64,000 bases of DNA from a plasmid, in sequence record NZ_CP018188.1; one strand, 5' to 3'. Each line of letters begins with the position of its first letter. Within the stretch, counting starts at the first letter, position 1. Shown here one piece after another: positions 9,078 through 19,542 of this stretch. The translations under genes and the position numbers were made by a program. The notes below the pieces were generated by a model, which saw only the letters and a list, made by a program, of their open reading frames with translations, searched no databases and was not told the origin of the DNA.

Positions 9078-10442
9078 CTATAAGGTAGGTGACTCAATAG
9101 GAAGGATAATTTCTGTTTGAAAATATTCTCCTTGTTCACTTGTGATTATCATACTACCTCCATGTAAATCAACAATTTGGTTAGAAATTTTTAGTCCCAT
9201 ACCACTTCTGCGAACTCCAGAAATATCAAAATTAAATTCCTCAATTTTATTAATATTTTTAAGTCTATCTGTAGAAGTTCCAATTCCATTATCACGTATA
9301 ATAACTGAAAATTTATTACGGGAAATATAGTTAAGGACAATCTGAATATTACAACCAGAAGGGTTATGCAATACAGAATTATAAATGAGATTGTGAATAA
9401 CTCTAGACATCAAAGATTTTTCAATGTACATTTTTTTACCCAACAATTTATTATCAGGAATAAACTCAAAATTAAAATCATTCCAAATCTCTTGATTAAT
9501 AATTTGTATGATTATTTCCTTAAAGAAGGGTATAATGTCTGTTATTTCTTGATTTAATTTTAAATTACCGTTTGTTAGTCTAGCGAATATGTTGAGATCG
9601 TTTAGCAAATTTTGAATATAGTGACTCTCAATCAGCGTAGGTTTCAAATTTTTTAATAGGTCATCATTGTCTGTTTTTTCAATAGCTAATGATGCATTAG
9701 CCACGATAACTGAGAGTGGGGTTTTGATGTCATGAGCTATTCCAGAAATCCAATTCTCTTTGAATTCTTCATTTTTACGTAGTTTTTTGTTAGCAGAGTT
9801 AACCGCTAAAGTTAATCTATCTAATTCTTGAACAGAATTTACCTGTTTGTTTAAACCGACAGGTAATTTACCTATTGCGTTAATAATTGGCTGGATGTTG
9901 CGATTTAAGAAAGTAACACTATAAAGGTATAGGAATAGGCAAAATAGGCAGTTAACAAATATGATAACTAAAATTAAAATCGGAAAAATTTGAATTCTCT
10001 TTAGATCAAAGAAATTATTTCCGTATCTAATGATACTTTCTTTTGGAAATGCAATTATATAAATATCTTTTTGTTCTTTTTTTATTTGAGTGAATATTGG
10101 ATAGTCATCTAAATAATAACGTGAAAACTTAATGACATCGGCATAATCAAATTGTGTTTTTATATTTTTAGGTTTTTTGATATTAAACTTTTCATTTCCA
10201 CTTTTTTGATCAAGAATCATGACCCATAAGTTGTGCTTTTTAATCAGTTTTTTTGCAGTTTGATTAACTTTATATGTTCCATTTGATGGGGTGATGTTCG
10301 AAGATACACCTTGTATGATATCTATAGGAGATTGTTGGCTACGGATAAAGTTGGTTGTAGCTACTAATAGAACAAAATCGATAAATATTATGGTAAGAAA
10401 GGCGAGAATAAATTTTAATATACCTTTTTTGAAAATATTCAT
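9078..10442 (-). CDS. lanK: Lantibiotic-locus sensor histidine kinase (LanK; NisK/ScnK-like)
   Basis: Two TM helices flank an extracellular domain. H-box HDIKTPLS and HATPase_c (GMGL) are present. It lies directly downstream of the response regulator and adjacent to the lantibiotic genes. Confidence 0.85.
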   Translation of the reverse strand: MNIFKKGILKFILAFLTIIFIDFVLLVATTNFIRSQQSPIDIIQGVSSNITPSNGTYKVNQTAKKLIKKHNLWVMILDQKSGNEKFNIKKPKNIKTQFDYADVIKFSRYYLDDYPIFTQIKKEQKDIYIIAFPKESIIRYGNNFFDLKRIQIFPILILVIIFVNCLFCLFLYLYSVTFLNRNIQPIINAIGKLPVGLNKQVNSVQELDRLTLAVNSANKKLRKNEEFKENWISGIAHDIKTPLSVIVANASLAIEKTDNDDLLKNLKPTLIESHYIQNLLNDLNIFARLTNGNLKLNQEITDIIPFFKEIIIQIINQEIWNDFNFEFIPDNKLLGKKMYIEKSLMSRVIHNLIYNSVLHNPSGCNIQIVLNYISRNKFSVIIRDNGIGTSTDRLKNINKIEEFNFDISGVRRSGMGLKISNQIVDLHGGSMIITSEQGEYFQTEIILPIESPTL

Positions 10443-10458
10443 AGAGGACTCCGTAAAT

Positions 10459-11157
10459 TCAGATAACTAACTTATAACCCAGCCCTTTGACTGTAATGAG
10501 GTGACGTGGTTTTGATGGGGATAATTCTATCTTCTCTCTTATATTACGAATATGTACCATTAAGGATTTTTCATATCCGAAACTATCTATTCCCCAAATA
10601 GTATCGCAGATTGCTTCTGTTGACACAATATAGTTTTTATTGGTATATAGTTTTCTTAGAATCTGTATTTCAGTTGGAGTTAGCGATAAATGCTGTTCCT
10701 CTTTTTTTACACTAGCATTATTTAAATCAATGATACAAGAAGTTAAAGTTATTAATTCTGATTCTCCTTTATATGCTCTCCTCAGTAAAGCAATTATACG
10801 ATAGATTAAAGTTTTTGGAAGAAATGGTTTTGTGACAAAGTCATCACCACCTGAATCTAATCCTTTAACTTCATCATCTGGATTATTTTTGGCTGTTAAA
10901 AATAAAATTGGTATATCAGAAGTTTTTCTGATGTACTGAGCAAGTAGATAACCTTCTCCATCCGGCAACATTACATCTAGGATAATGAGATCTATTTTAG
11001 AAATAGAAAAAATATCTATTCCTTCGCTAATACTGTAAGCATTACTAATATTTTTAAATCCCCTGCTCACCAAAACTTCTTTAATAGATTTACTAAGTGA
11101 AACATCATCGTCTACTATTAATATCCGTTTGTTTAATAGCTGCGCTTCGAAATTCAT
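10459..11157 (-). CDS. lanR: OmpR-family response regulator (LanR; ScnR/NisR-like)
   Basis: Receiver domain (ILIVDDD ... ILDVMLPDG) plus winged-helix C-terminus. GGGAGG RBS before ATG 11157; an upstream in-frame TTG/ATG is unlikely. Confidence 0.85.
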   Translation of the reverse strand: MNFEAQLLNKRILIVDDDVSLSKSIKEVLVSRGFKNISNAYSISEGIDIFSISKIDLIILDVMLPDGEGYLLAQYIRKTSDIPILFLTAKNNPDDEVKGLDSGGDDFVTKPFLPKTLIYRIIALLRRAYKGESELITLTSCIIDLNNASVKKEEQHLSLTPTEIQILRKLYTNKNYIVSTEAICDTIWGIDSFGYEKSLMVHIRNIREKIELSPSKPRHLITVKGLGYKLVI

Positions 11158-11414
11158 ATACGCGCCTCCCATAAAATTTATTTTAATTATACCATAAACC
11201 ATCTTACTTTAATAAACTGTAGGCAGATAGGAAATTTAAATTCTTAAAAATAATTTTAAGATTTCTTTACTCTGTCTTAACCTAGTCTTCGTAAAATTTA
11301 CTTGTAACAAAGATACTTAGTCTCAAAATAATAACGGATTATCAATAGCTTTGAATAGTCATGTGCTAGAGGTAACTTAGCAGATTATTCTTAAATCTTA
11401 GAAAGAGGAAAAAT

Positions 11415-11564
11415 ATGAAAAAAGATGTAGTTATCGAATCAATTAAAGAAGTAAGTCTTGAAGAGCTTGATCAAATTATTGGAGCTGGGAACGGTGTGTT
11501 TAAAACTATCTCACATGAGTGTCATCTTAATACCTGGGCATTTCTTGCTACATGTTGCTCATAA
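11415..11564 (+). CDS. slnA: Lantibiotic precursor, lacticin-481 group (SA-FF22 / salivaricin G32-like); copy 1
   Basis: 49 aa: [24 protein letters not shown] | [25 protein letters not shown]. It has a GA-type double-glycine leader. The core matches streptococcin A-FF22 ([26 protein letters not shown]) minus Lys2, which is what I recall for salivaricin G32. An RBS is present. Confidence 0.85.
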   Translation: [49 protein letters not shown]

Positions 11565-11592
11565 TAATTATTAATTTAGAGAGAGGAAAATT

Positions 11593-11742
11593 ATGAAAAA
11601 AGATGCAATTATCGAATCAATTAAAGAAGTAAGTCTTGAAGAACTTGACCAAATTATTGGAGCTGGGAACGGTGTGTTTAAAACCATTTCACATGAGTGT
11701 CACTTGAATACTTGGGCATTTCTTGCTACATGTTGCTCATAA
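11593..11742 (+). CDS. slnA: Lantibiotic precursor, copy 2 (identical mature peptide; leader differs at V5A and V6I)
   Basis: [49 protein letters not shown]. This is a tandem duplicate with its own RBS. Confidence 0.85.
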   Translation: [49 protein letters not shown]

Positions 11743-11778
11743 TTTTTGATGACTAAGTATCTACATTGTTATATAAAG

Positions 11779-11800
11779 AAGAGGGAAACCTCTTTTTTTT
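11779..11800 (+). terminator. Weak intrinsic terminator/attenuator between structural genes and the downstream third lanA and lanM
   Basis: AAGAGG-GAAA-CCTCTT hairpin followed by T8. This is the typical partial terminator of lantibiotic operons. Confidence 0.5.
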
Positions 11801-11988
11801 ATATGATGAATTTTGTTTATTTATTCATTCATGTAGTTCATATAATTTATGACTATATATTAAATTAGAAATTTATCTTGACTTTACTTTGCCTTAAACT
11901 TGTCTTTATGTTGCAATTTTAGAATCAATTTATAAAGAAAAATAATTTCGAGCCAGACTCGACATGAAATTTAATGAGGTTATAGACT

Positions 11989-12147
11989 ATGAAAAATAAT
12001 AAAATTCATCTAGAAGCTTTGGAAGCGTTACAAGAACTAAAAATGGAAGAAATAGATAATCTTTTGGGCGGAGCTGGTCATGGAGTAAATACTATTTCTG
12101 CTGAATGTCGTTGGAATAGCTTACAAGCTATCTTTACCTGTTGTTAA
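11989..12147 (+). CDS. Third, divergent lacticin-481-group precursor peptide (A1/A'-type)
   Basis: 52 aa: MKNNKIHLEALEALQELKMEEIDNLLGGAG | HGVNTISAECRWNSLQAIFTCC. It has a GG/GA leader and the conserved TIS-EC ... TCC ring-forming residues. GAGG RBS. It lies immediately upstream of lanM. Confidence 0.7.
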   Translation: MKNNKIHLEALEALQELKMEEIDNLLGGAGHGVNTISAECRWNSLQAIFTCC

Positions 12148-12166
12148 TTTTTAGAAAGGTAAGACA

Positions 12167-14947
12167 ATGAATCATCAAGAACAATTATATAGTCAGTTTA
12201 ATAAATTTCCTAAAGTTTTTATTGAAAAGAAAATACCTGAAGTTCTTAATGAGGATGTTAAGGTACTAAAACAGGTTGAGAAAAATATATCAGACTATTA
12301 TCGATCTACATTAATTTATTTGATTAACGAAAAACGTATTGAAGGGAAGTTAATTGGCGATACAGCTGAGCTACGATATGATTATTTTAATAATGTATTA
12401 TGTAAAAATGGTGATATTTTAGAAGAAATAGAGGAAAGATTTCCGACTATTAGTCAACGTGTCATCATCAGTATAGAGCAGTACCTTGATTTGCTTAAAT
12501 GCGTAAAAAAACATTTTTCAATAGACTTTTCAATATTGAAAAAAATAAAATTTATTTGCTCAGATGATGAATATCCTAATTTAAACAATCTTGATATTAA
12601 AGTAACAGGTGATATTCATAATGGAAGTGGAGTTTGTATTTTATCTTATGAGGGACAAAAATTAGTTTATAAGAAAAAATCGTCAAAACCAAATCATCTT
12701 TTAAAAAAATTGGATAATCAAGTTAGCAAGTATTTAAAAAAAGAGATTCAGTTTGTACCTGACTTTTTAGATAGGGAAGGTTACTTTTGGGAAACTTTTA
12801 TAGACAGTAAACCAGTTTGTTCGATTGATGAAGCGAAAGAGTTTTATAAAAGAATGGGTTATCTTGTAGCATATGCTTACATTTTAAATATTTCTGACTT
12901 GCATTTCGAAAATCTTATTTCACATAATGTTCAGCCTATCCTAGTAGATGCTGAGACAGTATTTTCTGTAAGTCCGTATGAAACAGTAGCGGATAATAAT
13001 GCTACTTTAGAGATAATTCGGGATAGCAGAAATTCAGTACTATCTACAGGATTGTTACCTGTGTCTGAAGCCGATAAAATTTTTGGAGGAGATACTAGTG
13101 GAGTTTTAGGGGGCACTCTTATTGGTGAAGCAAGAGTGCTGATAAACCAGAATAGAGATGATATACATGTTGAAAAACAAAAATATAAAACAGAAAATCA
13201 AGCTCACTTACCTTATCGAGTAGGACAAACGGGATTAAGGAATTATTTAAATGCAGAAGATTACATTGATTCCATAAAAATGGGCTACCTAGAGTTAGGT
13301 CATTTTATTATTGATAATAAAGAATTTCTAAAACAACTTTATTTAAGTTTTAGTGATTTAAAAACAAGAGTTTTATTTAGAAATACTAGAGATTACAGTT
13401 TAGTCCGTCAATTGTTGACTTCACCAATTTATTGTAATCAGTCAAATGTTTTATTTGAAAAGATGTCTGATAAATTATCAAATTTTGAAAGTTTGAATTT
13501 ATGTGAATCTGAAGAAAAACAATTACTTAATATGAATATTCCATATTTTTATTCTCGTATTAGTGATGTCGACATTAAAGATAATGAGACTATAGTATGG
13601 AAATTAAAAGAATCTGCTTTAACCGAGGCATTAAAAAAATTGGAAAGATTTGACTTGAGCATAATGAAGGAACAAGTCGATTTAATTGAATTTTCTATTA
13701 AAACACCAAATGCTTTGTATAGTACCGAGCTTCAAGAGTCGTACAAAAAATTTAATAATTTAAATTCAGATAAAGAGGTTTTGTTTGCTGGTATCAATAC
13801 GCTAGTTGATACCATTTTGAATAATGAGAAATGCTCTAAATTAGATGGAAGTACAAATTGGTTAACGCTTAAAGTTACAGATTATGATGCATTTAAACTT
13901 GAACCTATGGATCTATCTATTTATGAGGGAATTTCTGGATTATCAATTGCATTATGTGAAGTCTACGATTTAGTGAATAGTGAAAGACAGGAGAAAATTT
14001 ATAATTGTATACATAGAATTTTTCTAACTCTCTCAAACTCTTACGATAGTGTGCAAAATCAATCGTACTACGTTGGAAAATTAGGTATTCTTTCTGCATT
14101 GAAAAGAATACAGTTGATTACGGGACAAAAAATCTCAAAGTCAATTTTAGATAGAAATAAGGATTACAGTTTAGATTTGAATGTTTCGAGTGCAGATTTT
14201 CTTTCAAGTTTTCCTAATGAGATTGTTGCTCTGTATAGAAGTGATTTGTCAATTAAAAATCTTCGACAAGCCTTAGATAAATTAATTGATTTAAAGGTTA
14301 ATTATGAGAATTATATTGCTTGGGATAATTTGGAATCAAATAATGTTAGTTTAGCACATGGAAATCTAGGAATAGAATTGGCATTACACTATATTGCTGG
14401 AATTTTGGATAATTCTAAAGCCCTAGAGATGTTATTTCAAGCGAATAACTTTGATAATCGCCAAAAAATATCTCAAGGTTGGATAGATAAAAGAAATAAT
14501 TCAACCAGTGCTAATTGGTGTCATGGCTCAACAGGAGTTCTTGTTGCAAGATTAGCTCAACTAGAATTGGATAAAAAATTTCAGCTAATTCCTAGTGCTA
14601 GAAGAAAAGAGTTAGAAGCTGATATTAGACATGCAGTATCTCAAATAATTGAAGTTGGATTCAATATGACCAATTTTTCTATTTGTCATGGAACTAGTGG
14701 AAATTTGTTAGCACTTAACTATTATCGTTCATATCTTAAAGGACACGAAGCACAAGAGTTGGAAAAAATTTTGGAAATTGAGTATAGGAAGTTGCATTCA
14801 TTTGGTTTAGAAAATGGGTGGATGTGCAGTTTTAATACTAAATATAATGTTTATGGGATTATGAATGGTTTGTCAGGGATATTATATTCTACAGCCAAGT
14901 ATCTAAAAAGAGATAATTCTCTAGACCTTCTAATCCCTACTCTATAA
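12167..14947 (+). CDS. lanM: LanM bifunctional lanthionine synthetase (dehydratase + LanC-like cyclase)
   Basis: 926 aa. The C-terminal LanC-like domain has zinc ligands WCHGSTG and ICHGTSGN. The gene sits after the lanA genes. Confidence 0.9.
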   Translation: MNHQEQLYSQFNKFPKVFIEKKIPEVLNEDVKVLKQVEKNISDYYRSTLIYLINEKRIEGKLIGDTAELRYDYFNNVLCKNGDILEEIEERFPTISQRVIISIEQYLDLLKCVKKHFSIDFSILKKIKFICSDDEYPNLNNLDIKVTGDIHNGSGVCILSYEGQKLVYKKKSSKPNHLLKKLDNQVSKYLKKEIQFVPDFLDREGYFWETFIDSKPVCSIDEAKEFYKRMGYLVAYAYILNISDLHFENLISHNVQPILVDAETVFSVSPYETVADNNATLEIIRDSRNSVLSTGLLPVSEADKIFGGDTSGVLGGTLIGEARVLINQNRDDIHVEKQKYKTENQAHLPYRVGQTGLRNYLNAEDYIDSIKMGYLELGHFIIDNKEFLKQLYLSFSDLKTRVLFRNTRDYSLVRQLLTSPIYCNQSNVLFEKMSDKLSNFESLNLCESEEKQLLNMNIPYFYSRISDVDIKDNETIVWKLKESALTEALKKLERFDLSIMKEQVDLIEFSIKTPNALYSTELQESYKKFNNLNSDKEVLFAGINTLVDTILNNEKCSKLDGSTNWLTLKVTDYDAFKLEPMDLSIYEGISGLSIALCEVYDLVNSERQEKIYNCIHRIFLTLSNSYDSVQNQSYYVGKLGILSALKRIQLITGQKISKSILDRNKDYSLDLNVSSADFLSSFPNEIVALYRSDLSIKNLRQALDKLIDLKVNYENYIAWDNLESNNVSLAHGNLGIELALHYIAGILDNSKALEMLFQANNFDNRQKISQGWIDKRNNSTSANWCHGSTGVLVARLAQLELDKKFQLIPSARRKELEADIRHAVSQIIEVGFNMTNFSICHGTSGNLLALNYYRSYLKGHEAQELEKILEIEYRKLHSFGLENGWMCSFNTKYNVYGIMNGLSGILYSTAKYLKRDNSLDLLIPTL

Positions 14948-14973
14948 TCAGCGATAGGAAGGAAACTTTATAC

Positions 14974-17046
14974 ATGAAGATTGTTTTGCAAAATAACGAG
15001 GAGGATTGCTTATTAGCATGTTATACAATGCTATTAAATGATCTGGGGCACAAAGTCCCTTTATATGAGGTATATAATAAAGATACCCTACCAGCGGATG
15101 GTCTGAATGTATCGTACTTACTATCTCTTAACGAGAGGTTTGGAGTAACCTTGAATGCATACCATGCTACATATGAGGATATATGTAAAATCTATAAGGA
15201 ACAGAAACAAAGGATGATTCTCCACTGGAATAATGATCATTTTGTTGTTCTAGAAAAGATTACTGCAACCCAAGTTATGATAGTAGATCCAGCAATTGGT
15301 CGAGTAAAATATAGTTATGAAGAATTTATAAAACACTACTCTAAAACAATAGTGTTGATAAGTAAAAGTAAGAATTTTCAAAAGCAAAAATATAACCAAA
15401 TTTTTTGGAAATATTTTATACAAACTTTGAAAACAAAAACAATTATTTTATTTTTAGTTTCATTAGTGTTAATCCAGATCAGCGTTTTAATATTTTCGGT
15501 AGTATTAAGATACATGTTAGCGGAAAAATTTAAATTCTGGGCCAGTATCATTCTTCTAGCGGGGGTAGTTTTATTCCAACTATTTGGATATTTTATTAAA
15601 AATAATGCACTGGATGAATATAATTTAGATTTTGATAATAATTATAGCAGAATACTTTTTGAAAAATTATTGAAAAAGCCACTTTTATATTTTAGAAATC
15701 ATTTAAGCGGTGGAATTTCAGAAAAGATTAATTTCAAATCTACCTTAAGGGATAATGTTACTTTAAAAATTATTCCGTCATGTGTTAGTTTTATTTCAGC
15801 AATTGTTATTTTTATATATCTGATGACTATTTCAGTCAAATTAACAGTGATTCTAGTTACGATGATTTCAGCGTATAGTATTATTTCAATATTTCTTTAT
15901 CGCAAACAAAACGAATATAATCAAACCTATTTGCAGTATCTAATTGATTTTAATTCGGAATTGCAAATGGATTTAGACGATATTGACTATATCAAAATTA
16001 TGAGGCGGGAAGGTTTGACCTTTAGTTCATGGATGGATATTAATAAAAAAGTTACTGAAAAGTATTCACAGATTTTGAAATTTGAAAATCTTACACAGCT
16101 GATTGGTACGATTTTTAATTATATTAGTCTCTCGGTAATCATCATAGTAGCAGTTTACTATGAAAATTATATACATGTTTCCATTTCAGACCTATTAGTT
16201 TATCAGACTAGTATTTCGTTATTAGTATCAGCTATTGAGCAAGTTAAGGGGGCTGCTTTTGAAGCTATAAGGTTAGGTGTCTATGCAGAAAAACAAAGTG
16301 ATTTATTAAAAGACAGTAAACCAATTTTAGTACAAAGCTCGAGTTCAGACGAGTATTTGATAAAAGCTGAAAAGTTGAATTTTTCTTATGGCATGAAGCC
16401 GATTTATAATGATATTGATTTAACAATTGGTAAAGGAGAAAAAGTTGCTATCGTAGGGAAATCAGGTAGTGGGAAATCAACGTTATTACTGTTATTAGCA
16501 GGTATGTTACGTTATAATGGCTCATTAAAATATGGTATCGAAAATTTTGAAGAATGTTTGAGTGTTGTTCTTCAGAATATGACCTTAAGAAAGGGAAGTG
16601 TATTAGAAAATTTGGAGTGGGATTCAGATGATTTAACACCCCTATTTCAAGTATTAAAAGATACCTCGGCAGATGAAGTTATTAACCAATTGCCAAATAA
16701 AGTTCATTCAAAATTATTAAAACAAGGGAAAAATTTATCGGGGGGACAAATTCAGAAACTATTAATAGCTAAATCGTTACTTAAAAATGAAGGTATCATT
16801 TTTTGGGATGAAGCATTCAGTAACCTCGATGAACAAAGTAAAAATAAAATTTACACCAATATTCTAAAAAATAGTAATTATTCAAAAAAGACTATGCTGA
16901 TGGTTAGCCATCATCTAGATATTGTTGAATATGTTGATTACATTATCTATATAGACGATGAGACAGGTAAAGTCTATAAAGATACTCATAGTAATCTAAT
17001 AAAAACCAATGAAAGTTACTTCAACTTCATTAATTCAAAAGTATAG
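14974..17046 (+). CDS. lanT: LanT: C39 peptidase-domain ABC exporter for leader cleavage and export
   Basis: N-terminal C39 motif (CLLACYTMLL with catalytic Cys), 6 TM helices, Walker A GKSGSGKST and signature LSGGQIQK. Confidence 0.9.
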   Translation: MKIVLQNNEEDCLLACYTMLLNDLGHKVPLYEVYNKDTLPADGLNVSYLLSLNERFGVTLNAYHATYEDICKIYKEQKQRMILHWNNDHFVVLEKITATQVMIVDPAIGRVKYSYEEFIKHYSKTIVLISKSKNFQKQKYNQIFWKYFIQTLKTKTIILFLVSLVLIQISVLIFSVVLRYMLAEKFKFWASIILLAGVVLFQLFGYFIKNNALDEYNLDFDNNYSRILFEKLLKKPLLYFRNHLSGGISEKINFKSTLRDNVTLKIIPSCVSFISAIVIFIYLMTISVKLTVILVTMISAYSIISIFLYRKQNEYNQTYLQYLIDFNSELQMDLDDIDYIKIMRREGLTFSSWMDINKKVTEKYSQILKFENLTQLIGTIFNYISLSVIIIVAVYYENYIHVSISDLLVYQTSISLLVSAIEQVKGAAFEAIRLGVYAEKQSDLLKDSKPILVQSSSSDEYLIKAEKLNFSYGMKPIYNDIDLTIGKGEKVAIVGKSGSGKSTLLLLLAGMLRYNGSLKYGIENFEECLSVVLQNMTLRKGSVLENLEWDSDDLTPLFQVLKDTSADEVINQLPNKVHSKLLKQGKNLSGGQIQKLLIAKSLLKNEGIIFWDEAFSNLDEQSKNKIYTNILKNSNYSKKTMLMVSHHLDIVEYVDYIIYIDDETGKVYKDTHSNLIKTNESYFNFINSKV

Positions 17047-17152
17047 AAAATATCTTGATCTATCTTAATGTTATCTTTAAGATGATAAAGTAGAATTACA
17101 TTGTAAAGAAAGGAGTAATCCTGGCTAAAAGGATTACAAGGAAATTAATGAG

Positions 17153-18061
17153 ATGAATAATATTATTGAATTGAAAAATCTTAAAAAGGTCTATAAAGAT
17201 ACTACTACAGTGGATCTTAAGAAACTGACAGTCAGAGAAGGGGAAATCTATGGTTTCTTAGGTCCCAACGGCGCAGGGAAAACAACTACGATGAAAATGA
17301 TCTTATCTTTGGTGGAGCCTACTTTAGGAGAGATTTTAGTCAATGGTCAAAATATCAAAGAGAATAATGATTACCTAAATCAAATTGGATCGATGATTGA
17401 GGAACCATCTTATTATCCAAATTTAACGGGATATGAAAACTTATTAGTATTTCAAAAAATGGTAGGTTTTGATGAGGATAATATTTGGCCAACTTTGAAA
17501 TTAGTTGGATTGGCGGAGGACAAAAATCGTAAGAAATTAGTGAAAGCCTATTCCCTAGGGATGAAGCAACGTTTAGCCTTAGCTTTTGCTTTAGTTAAAA
17601 AGCCCCAAATTTTATTATTAGATGAACCGACTAATGGTCTTGATCCAGCAGGGATTCATGAAATTCGTGAGTTGATTGTTAAATTAGCAAAAGAAGAAGG
17701 CTTAACAGTCTTTATCTCCAGCCACATCTTATCAGAGATAGAACAAATTGCTGATCGGGTTGGTATTATAAATCATGGTTGTTTAGTTTATGAAGGAGAG
17801 ATTCGAGAGATCAAATCAAATACTTGGATTGAGATTGGTGGCGATTTTTCGCAAAATAATATTGTTCAACACTTAGTTGATTTCGGTTCAGTCAGAGTAC
17901 GGGAAGCATCGGCGAGTGAGGTTAAATTAGACGATATGAGTAACGATCGTCTTGCGGATATTATCACCTATATAACCGACCTTGGCTTTAGAATTTTTCG
18001 TGTCACTAGAGAAAGTGAGACATTAGAAGATATTTTTCTGGAACTAACAAAGGAGGTATAA
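17153..18061 (+). CDS. lanF: LanF immunity ABC ATP-binding protein
   Basis: Walker A GPNGAGKTT, signature LSLGMKQRLALAFAL and Walker B LLLDEP. Confidence 0.85.
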   Translation: MNNIIELKNLKKVYKDTTTVDLKKLTVREGEIYGFLGPNGAGKTTTMKMILSLVEPTLGEILVNGQNIKENNDYLNQIGSMIEEPSYYPNLTGYENLLVFQKMVGFDEDNIWPTLKLVGLAEDKNRKKLVKAYSLGMKQRLALAFALVKKPQILLLDEPTNGLDPAGIHEIRELIVKLAKEEGLTVFISSHILSEIEQIADRVGIINHGCLVYEGEIREIKSNTWIEIGGDFSQNNIVQHLVDFGSVRVREASASEVKLDDMSNDRLADIITYITDLGFRIFRVTRESETLEDIFLELTKEV

Positions 18062-18062
18062 G

Positions 18063-18806
18063 ATGAGAGGTGTGTACATTGAATGGTTAAAAAGTAGACG
18101 AACAAAATCTTTTTCAATTGTTACTCTTTTGATGATTGTAGCGACATTGTGGAGTATTGCAATGTTTATGTCTGCTTTTTCGCATCCAGAGTTAAAAAAT
18201 GTCGGAACTTTATTTAGTAATCAGAATGTGAACCTTCTCATGCTTCCTATTGCTGTTTCTGTATTTGTGAGTCGAATTGTGAGTAATGAACGAGAAGGAC
18301 AGACCTTTAAATTACAAGCTACAAATGGCTTAGGTTTGATGACGATCTTTAGACATAAATTTTTATTTACAATGGTCTTCTTCTTTGTCATGTCTTTTGC
18401 AGAAATTGTAGCTATCTGTTGCTTTGGAAAACAATCTGGTATCTCAATTCCTATGGACATTGTAGGAGTTCAATTTTTAGGACAATTACTATCTATTTTC
18501 GCTCTAGTTTCTATCTATTTAACGTTAGCAATGGTACTAGAAAAACAAGGCGTATTACTGGCTTTAGGATTGTTAGGAGGTTTTTTAGGAATCGTCTTAA
18601 ATCCAAGAAGTTATGGTTTTGCTAGTTTGCTTAATCCGTTGACCGGAGCAGGCAGTTTAGCACCTTATAAGTATCACTTTCTTGGGGATGGGGCATATAC
18701 CTACCTCTTGGATCAACAGTTACCTTGGAAACTAGTATTCTTTATGATTTATTGTTTGATGTTATACGGTTTAGCTAATGTTATTTTGAGAAAGAGAGGA
18801 AGTTGA
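18063..18806 (+). CDS. lanE: LanE immunity ABC permease
   Basis: Polytopic membrane protein, translationally coupled to lanF. Confidence 0.75.
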   Translation: MRGVYIEWLKSRRTKSFSIVTLLMIVATLWSIAMFMSAFSHPELKNVGTLFSNQNVNLLMLPIAVSVFVSRIVSNEREGQTFKLQATNGLGLMTIFRHKFLFTMVFFFVMSFAEIVAICCFGKQSGISIPMDIVGVQFLGQLLSIFALVSIYLTLAMVLEKQGVLLALGLLGGFLGIVLNPRSYGFASLLNPLTGAGSLAPYKYHFLGDGAYTYLLDQQLPWKLVFFMIYCLMLYGLANVILRKRGS

Positions 18807-18807
18807 A

Positions 18808-19542
18808 ATGAGACCTTATGTTTTTGCTGAGTGGAAAAAGACTCGCAAATTACAATTGTTCATGATTGGAATGGCATTTTTGGTTTTTTCTAGCTTTATC
18901 GGTTTAGGAGTTTATTTTGCTAATAGGGCTGTCTTAATTGATAAGACACAATCCCTTGTTTTATGGGGACAATTAACATTTTATAACAGTACACTTCTCT
19001 ATCCTCCTATGTTAGCCATTATTGTGGGACAGTTACTGATGCCAGAATTTGAGAGAAAAAACATTGAGATGTTAAAAGCTAATCAAGTTTCAATGGATAA
19101 ATTGTACTTTGGAAAACTATTAAGTGGCTTCTTTCTGATTCTTTCCGTCCAACTTTTTTTACTACTTATTTTTGTTGTAGCTGCTAAAGTTGACGGGATT
19201 TCGTTTGACCTCAGTTTAGCAGTTCATATTAAATGGCTTCTGTTGTCAGTGGTGGCCTCTTTTCCGATAATGACGCTTCAATCCTTCGTAACCGCAAAGA
19301 CTCGTAATTTTAGTAAAGTTGTTGGAGTTGCTACAATTGGTAGCATGTTAAACTTTGTGCTGATTTTTATTAACGAGAATCTTACAAAGTTTTTCCCTTA
19401 TTCTCAACCAATGATTGCCCTACGTAGTCGTTCTTTAACAGATATGTCCTTAATAGATTTGACGATTTTTCTAGTTGTTAATAGTCTATATAGTTTACTT
19501 TTCTATAAATTAACAGTGGCAGCTTTGAAGAAAAACGAATAA
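18808..19542 (+). CDS. lanG: LanG immunity ABC permease
   Basis: Polytopic membrane protein, translationally coupled to lanE. Confidence 0.75.
   Translation: MRPYVFAEWKKTRKLQLFMIGMAFLVFSSFIGLGVYFANRAVLIDKTQSLVLWGQLTFYNSTLLYPPMLAIIVGQLLMPEFERKNIEMLKANQVSMDKLYFGKLLSGFFLILSVQLFLLLIFVVAAKVDGISFDLSLAVHIKWLLLSVVASFPIMTLQSFVTAKTRNFSKVVGVATIGSMLNFVLIFINENLTKFFPYSQPMIALRSRSLTDMSLIDLTIFLVVNSLYSLLFYKLTVAALKKNE

Noticed and set aside
17046-17152. Inverted repeats between lanT and lanF (ATCTTAA-N8-TTAAGAT and GTAATCCT-N7-AGGATTAC) as LanR operators
   Set aside because: They are plausible but no direct-repeat LanR-type box is evident and no comparison data are available. They are left unannotated.
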